Shown: positions 38,000 to 64,000 of the stretch, piece after piece
How the letters are laid out: every line of letters begins with the position of its first letter
How positions within the stretch are numbered: position 1 is the stretch's first letter
Assembly: GCA_951406725.2 (NCBI GenBank)
Contig: OX597831.1
Location: forward strand, 16,244,001-16,308,000
Length of the DNA stretch: 64,000 nt
Reading direction: 5' to 3'
From: Octopus vulgaris
Taxonomy: Eukaryota
Translations under genes and position numbers: made by a program
The notes under the pieces: generated by a model
Database searches by the model: none
Told to the model about the DNA's origin: nothing
The model's input: only the letters and a program-made list of their open reading frames with translations

Positions 38000-38712
38000 C
38001 AACAAGATGGCAAAAAGTTTAGCACGCCGGGTTAAATATGCATAGCAGCATTTTGTCCGTTTTTGCATTCTGAGTTCAAATTGCACCCAAGTCGAAGTTG
38101 CTTCGCATATTGTTTTGTTTTTTGGGGGGATCTGCGAAATACTAGATGAACGCTGGAGTCAGTCTAGCAGAATTATCATCAGGCATGAACTTGCTGTCCT
38201 TCTGCCAAACTTAGATTATTATTACTGATTTCTATCATTATTAATTTTATGTTACTTGTTCTCGATAGCATCATACGTTCTTTCCTTATTTGTATGCATA
38301 TATATATACATATATACATACATACATACATATATATACATATATGTATATATATATATATATATTCATATATTTATATATATATATATATATATATATT
38401 CAAACATATAAGGGATGGCCATAATAGGACATCCGACTCACTAGAAAGAGCAACTAAACTCCAAACCACTAATGGAAAGAGAAATAAAAACGTTTACCCT
38501 CTCCTTTCTGGACTATGCATAGTTTCGGCAAACTTTGTAAATAAAATTTATTTATTTACCACTGGCGTGGTAAATACGTGATAATTTTAGTAACTTCTAT
38601 GCTGAAGTAGAGACAACATGTTCTTTGTCTATCTCCTTAACCTCTTAGAAATGTTAGGTATAATTAAACTAATTTGTGCATCTGTTCTAATTTAATTAAA
38701 TTCTATGGTTTT

Positions 38713-38801
38713 ATGCAGCTGAAGATGGATCTTCATTTTAAATTGACGTAATGATTGCATTGTTCAATTAAATGGAGTTACATGAAACGATCGTACTGCA
38801 T
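38713..38801 (+). ncRNA. Type-I hammerhead ribozyme with canonical CUGAAGA and GAAA boxes
   Basis: augcag-CUGAAGA-long stem II-GAAA-cgaucg-UA-cugcau; 6-bp stem I, palindromic stem III. Confidence 0.7.
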
Positions 38802-39242
38802 TACCTCTGGATATCCTTGTTGCTTATTTTGATCATATATATATATATATAAATATACACACGCGCATACACACATATATATATGCATATATATGAGTAT
38901 ATATATATATACATACATGCATATATGTATACATATATATTTGTGCGCACGCATGTGTGTATGTGTGTGTGCGTACGATATTGTGTTTTATTGTATTACA
39001 TATATTCAATGGACGCATTATCATCCGAATTGCCATTCATAGAAATTTTGCAGATTTCGTATTTAATCGGGTGTTACAGCATGCGCTAAAATATGTAAAC
39101 AATATTATATTATTTGAATGCATTTCACCAACTTTTCGGCTCAAAGTCTATTACATCAGGACTTGAATTTTCGTCTTGTTATTTTAGACACAAATTACAA
39201 AAATGAAAACAGTAACAAGAGATTAGGGAGCATGATTTTTAT

Positions 39243-58978
<19,736 letters not shown>

Positions 58979-59160
58979 CGTGCACATTCATGTTCGCTTC
59001 AACAATTGTATTTTTTGTTGCAACGTTAGGCGCCATTGTGTCAAATATAATGTGAATTTGTGTAACACATGTTTGTCCATACCTTATTCAAGCATTATCA
59101 TCTGATGTACATAACATACCCAAGTAATTTTCAATTATAAAATTGATTTATGTTGCAGTT
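58979..59160 (-). promoter_or_regulatory. Gene B proximal promoter (TATA degenerate: TATATTT)
   Basis: Homologous to the gene A promoter; gtaacacatgtt retained. Confidence 0.5.
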
Positions 59161-59219
59161 TACTATTTGCATATCCTTAAAACGCCTGTGTAGGTATCAG
59201 TTTTCTCCCTGCATGCATG

Positions 59220-59289
<70 letters not shown>

Positions 59290-60245
59290 GTTATTATTTA
59301 CTAACAAATTCCAAATAAGGACATCACACTTAATTTATACCGAATTTATTTCTTTATTGATATAATTACGTAATGATTTCCTGAACTCTGTTTAGCATAA
59401 CTAAATTTTATTGCATATTCTATTGCATAATTTTTGTTTCTAACCAATGGCCCCTATTATATGGATCATCCCATTAACCCCCACCCTATAATATTTTTCT
59501 TTACTATCTCCCCCATTAATACTTTTGCTATTTTTTTACTATCTTTTGTTTTACTTTTTTATTTGTTTAGTTCTTACCATTATGGAATCTCTGATGAAGC
59601 TTTGGAGTTCAAATTTTGTTCAATTTTTGTAGAATTTTTATATTATTTTTATATAATATTTGTATAATTTATGTTTCAACTTTGGCATGCTGGACCACCA
59701 ATATAGAAACAGCTGTAGGAGTAGAGATGTTATCATTTATTTTTATTTATTTACTTATTTATTTACTTATACATATGGTTATGGTAATAAGTAGATCTTG
59801 CTGACGTTTGAGCCTCTTCTCCATTATCTTCCTTGCCTTATATAAATTCTGGATAAACATTTGTTTAGCTCCAAATATACCTATTATTCAATTGTACTAT
59901 TGCCTTGCAACAATAAACCTTTGATTATAAATAGGTATCCCTCTAATAGTATGTTGGATATTTATTATTCTTTAGATAGTTGTCTAAACTCTAACTCATA
60001 TACACGTAATTATATATATATGCATATATTTATATATGTATATATATATATATATGTATACATACATATATATATATATATATAATATATATATATAGAT
60101 ATAGTATATATAATGTATATATTATATATAAGTATGTATATATAATACATATATATATATATATATTATATGTGTTATTATATATACATATATATATATA
60201 ATTATATATATATATATATATATATGTATTTGATATGTATATATG

Positions 60246-60289
<44 letters not shown>

Positions 60290-60306
60290 TAGATAGATAG
60301 ATATAG

Positions 60307-60338
<32 letters not shown>

Positions 60339-60360
60339 GAATATGTATGTATATATACAT

Positions 60361-60402
<42 letters not shown>

Positions 60403-60417
60403 ATGTATATATACATA

Positions 60418-60458
<41 letters not shown>

Positions 60459-61500
60459 TTGTATATGTATATATGTATGTGTTGAAAGATTAATGATTAT
60501 ATATTGAGACCTGCATATAAAGTTCCTTCTACGCCCTTCGCATATACGTATATTCACACATAGATCTTCGCAATTTATACAATCTTAGGTTTTCACTTTT
60601 TCCTTTCTTTCTCTCTAACTCGTAGGTTCACAGATTGAACAATACAAATGTTCGCCTTTTTTCCGTCTGACACGACTTTATTTCACTCCGCATCGATATC
60701 TCTGTATATATTGTTGTGGCGGACCCTGAAGGCGAGAACTGGGCTTGTTCACTACTTATTACGTGGAGACGATGAAATATGTTGTCATCATGGGATATAT
60801 CACTGGCGACGCACGTTCGGGCAATATCGCCACCGGGACATATCATATCTATTGAAGCGGAAACAGCCGACAACCACATTGAAAACGTCTGGAATTTGGA
60901 AGAGAGCAGAAGGGAACATAATTTTGAGAGCCTGTCATATATTGGAAGGGGACAATTTAGATAATTTAGAAAGCCCAGCACTAAATAGCAGCGGTCATAC
61001 AAATATCCCTTCCCACCCTGATTTCACGAGACGTAATCTCAACTTTCTTGGGTTTGTTTGTGTCTTTGTTTAAAAAAAAACATGTAGTTGATGACTAGGC
61101 TGGGGGAACTGATGCGAGCGAGAAAATTCCTCTAGCTCTACTAATGGCTTCAGCTGGTGAGATAGCCCCCATGGTTAGCTTTGCAGATTATACAAATCCC
61201 CGGAGTCGTTGTTTACCTGCAACATGGATTGGAAGGAAGTTACATGTGGCATGAGAAAAATATCAGGCAGTGCTCCTGTATGGCCGCACTCAAATGACTG
61301 AAACAAGTAAAAGAATACAAGAATGTATAAATACATAAGTACGTATGTGTGGGTGTGTATGTAAGATCCTGAGATGGGATCCATGGACAGATGATAAAGA
61401 AAGGCTTAACATCTTAGATCTTAACATCTTAAATAGGATATTATTATCTTCCACAGAGATGCAATGGTGAAACAAACAATATCAGTAAAAGCTTACTTAC

Positions 61501-61537
61501 CAACGATGAGAAACGATAGAATTACTAACAGCTTCAT
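61501..61537 (-). CDS. Third exon-1 copy (signal peptide MKLLVILSFLIV-G); alternative first exon of gene B or relic of a third paralogue
   Basis: 37 nt, phase 1, consensus donor G|gtaagt, intact upstream promoter block. Confidence 0.75.
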
Positions 61538-61735
61538 CGTCGATATTCACGTTCAAATCAATGATTGTTTAATTGCAACTTAAACACGATTCTGTCATAT
61601 ATAAACTAAAACTATGTAACACATGTTTCTCCATACTGTTTTCAAAAGCCATCAACTAATTTAGATGGCAGGTTCAAACGATTTTCAGGAAGTGTATGAA
61701 GATTTAAAAAGGAAATTGATTTATGTTTCCGTGTC
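61538..61735 (-). promoter_or_regulatory. Distal promoter copy
   Basis: Shares gttcaaatcaa, tgtcatatataa, gtaacacatgtt and aaattgat.tatgtttccgt with the gene A promoter. Confidence 0.55.
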
Positions 61736-62056
61736 GTATTTGCAAAAGCAATATTTCAATATTTACATAGAGTGCACACAATCAACACATATGTATCAAC
61801 TTCATAAATAGTGTCTAAATATGTGTGTACGTACACGTTCATACTTTTGTAAATGTGTTATTTTGTCTTCGTAAATAGAAACTATTACGTTTTAAACTCA
61901 CATACATGAATAAATACGCACACACGTAAAATCATAAATATCCTAAAGCGCACTGATGTATACATGCATGTATGTATGTAGACAAACATGAATGTATATA
62001 TATAGATACAAACACACACATATATATATGTGTGTCTCTCTCTCTCTATATATATG

Positions 62057-62124
<68 letters not shown>

Positions 62125-62323
62125 CATATACACTCACAAAGGCATATATGTATATATATATACAGCTCAAATCTAATAAAGACAGAGGACGATAACAGGT
62201 TAAAGAACATTGAATCTCCTCCTCTCTACCTCATCTCCCCCTCTTTCTCGGTCCATATCCCCTCTCTTTTTGCTCCATATTCCCCTCTTGCTCGCTCTCT
62301 CTCTCGCTCTCACGCTCTCTGTC

Positions 62324-62382
<59 letters not shown>

Positions 62383-64000
62383 GCTACTACCTCTGCATGC
62401 CGAAACCTGCATTACCATTCAGGTTATAGCAATCAACACCAGCAGTATGAAACTCGAACAACTTCCGAATATGTTGGCGCTTAGAAAACTGTCGAAAGTG
62501 ACTCTGAAACAAAGAATAATGATTTTCGTTTGTCCTATATGTATCTTGCTCCTTTACTATTGAGAAAGAAAACTTTTGTGCAAACATCCCGTCCAAAAAG
62601 AAAAAAAAAGGAGAAAAAGACGTCGATTGATGGATACAAACATACACCTATAATGAATTTAACTTGAAAGGATTTTCATTATCTTCACAACAACTTCTGT
62701 CCTTGATAGAGTGTGCAAAGGAACAGCCCTAAGCACTGAATTTGTCGGTGAAAACTGAAGGTCTTATCACGATCATAAACATCTAAATGAACGAATAAAA
62801 GAGCAATATTGAAATGAGCAAATTAATTATACATTGTATATACCATCAAATAACTCCATAAAACAGAAAGACCAGCAATCAAGGACTTATTTTACTAATT
62901 AGAACTAATTAAGAAAAGCAACTACTATAACTAAAATGTTGCTCTGATTTAATGCATATAAAAAGCCTTCAAATTCGTGTTTCTCAACATCGACTTCAAA
63001 TATACTTGTAAACATAAAATTAATAAGCATTTTAATATTCTGCTTTGAATACAAAACGTCCCAATATACAGTCAGAGGCTTCTAATCCATGCAATTACGC
63101 AATGACACGTTTAAATGAAGCGAGTATACTTCAAGTATATCAACAGAAATTAACATTTGTCAACGTGGTTCAATGTGTAGCTGTGCCATTAACACCGACT
63201 TATGATTTAGAATAATTGTTTCTATAGAAACGACATGTTTTCATAAAACCGATGATCCGGATGGAGCTATGAGTTTCAGACGAAACTGGAAATACTCGCC
63301 GAATAGGGAAGCAAAACCAGACTCCTTCATTCACCGAACGTCACATAGTACAGGAGGTTTCAAGTAGTAAATGTCTATCGAAACAAAACATATACGATCG
63401 AAGGGAAGCTGTTAGGAATCTGATGGATGGTGTACTGTGTACAGCTGGGCAACATTTCGCGATGAGACGGTTATAACCCAAGGCACCTCAAACTTAGCAC
63501 GTGCATGTTGACATAGCGAACAGTTAACTTCTACTCATCGATTCAGTTATTAATGGCAACCATTGTGCAAATTGCTAGCGAAAATGTTTTCGACAATGAG
63601 TGAGATCCGTGTGATTCCTGTTAGAATTCTTGGAGAGATCCTCGTCCGCCGAACACGTGCGATTCGAAACGCAACAAAGAAATCCAAGAACAAATTAATA
63701 TCAACTCTTCAAATTTTAACTAAGAAATGTGCATCTGAATCGTTTAGATAATTTTTTTTTTTACAATAATGCTTTAACAGCAGCTCAATCGATATTTGTT
63801 CCTTTACTTACTTGTGAAAATTTACACAAGGCTTTAATTTCAATTTTACGAGTTGTCGCAGCGATTTTACACCTTATGAAATTGGTGAATGTATATGTAG
63901 ATTGAGGAAATCGAAATAAACTCATCATTACATTCGTCACGCTGAGGCAATTTATAGTTGTAAGTCTGCGGGAAAATAAAACACGTATGTAGACAGACAT

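Overview
AT-rich, microsatellite-dense animal DNA; the SINE and LINE families point to Octopus (inferred). Most of the window is decayed mobile DNA: three tRNA-derived SINE types, RTE, CR1-like, R4/Dong and Tx1/L1-like LINEs, two Penelope-like elements, a mariner relic and hAT/Tigger-type MITEs. The ORF track does not assemble them, but manual splicing reveals two tandem minus-strand five-exon paralogous genes (A: 22170->14812; B: 58978->39243). They have identical exon lengths (37/94/88/33/60 nt) and phases. Each encodes a 103-aa protein with a signal peptide, a 6-Cys domain (C-x7-C-x14-C-x8-C-x7-C-x11-C) and a GPI-signal-like tail; the FC-x8-C-x7-C-x-G core recalls neuritin and the RGM N-terminal domain. 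A third promoter plus signal-peptide exon at 61501-61537 may be an alternative first exon. The window also holds several hammerhead-ribozyme-like motifs, most with non-canonical cores and often in inverted pairs, and an in-frame templated insertion inside an RTE LINE.
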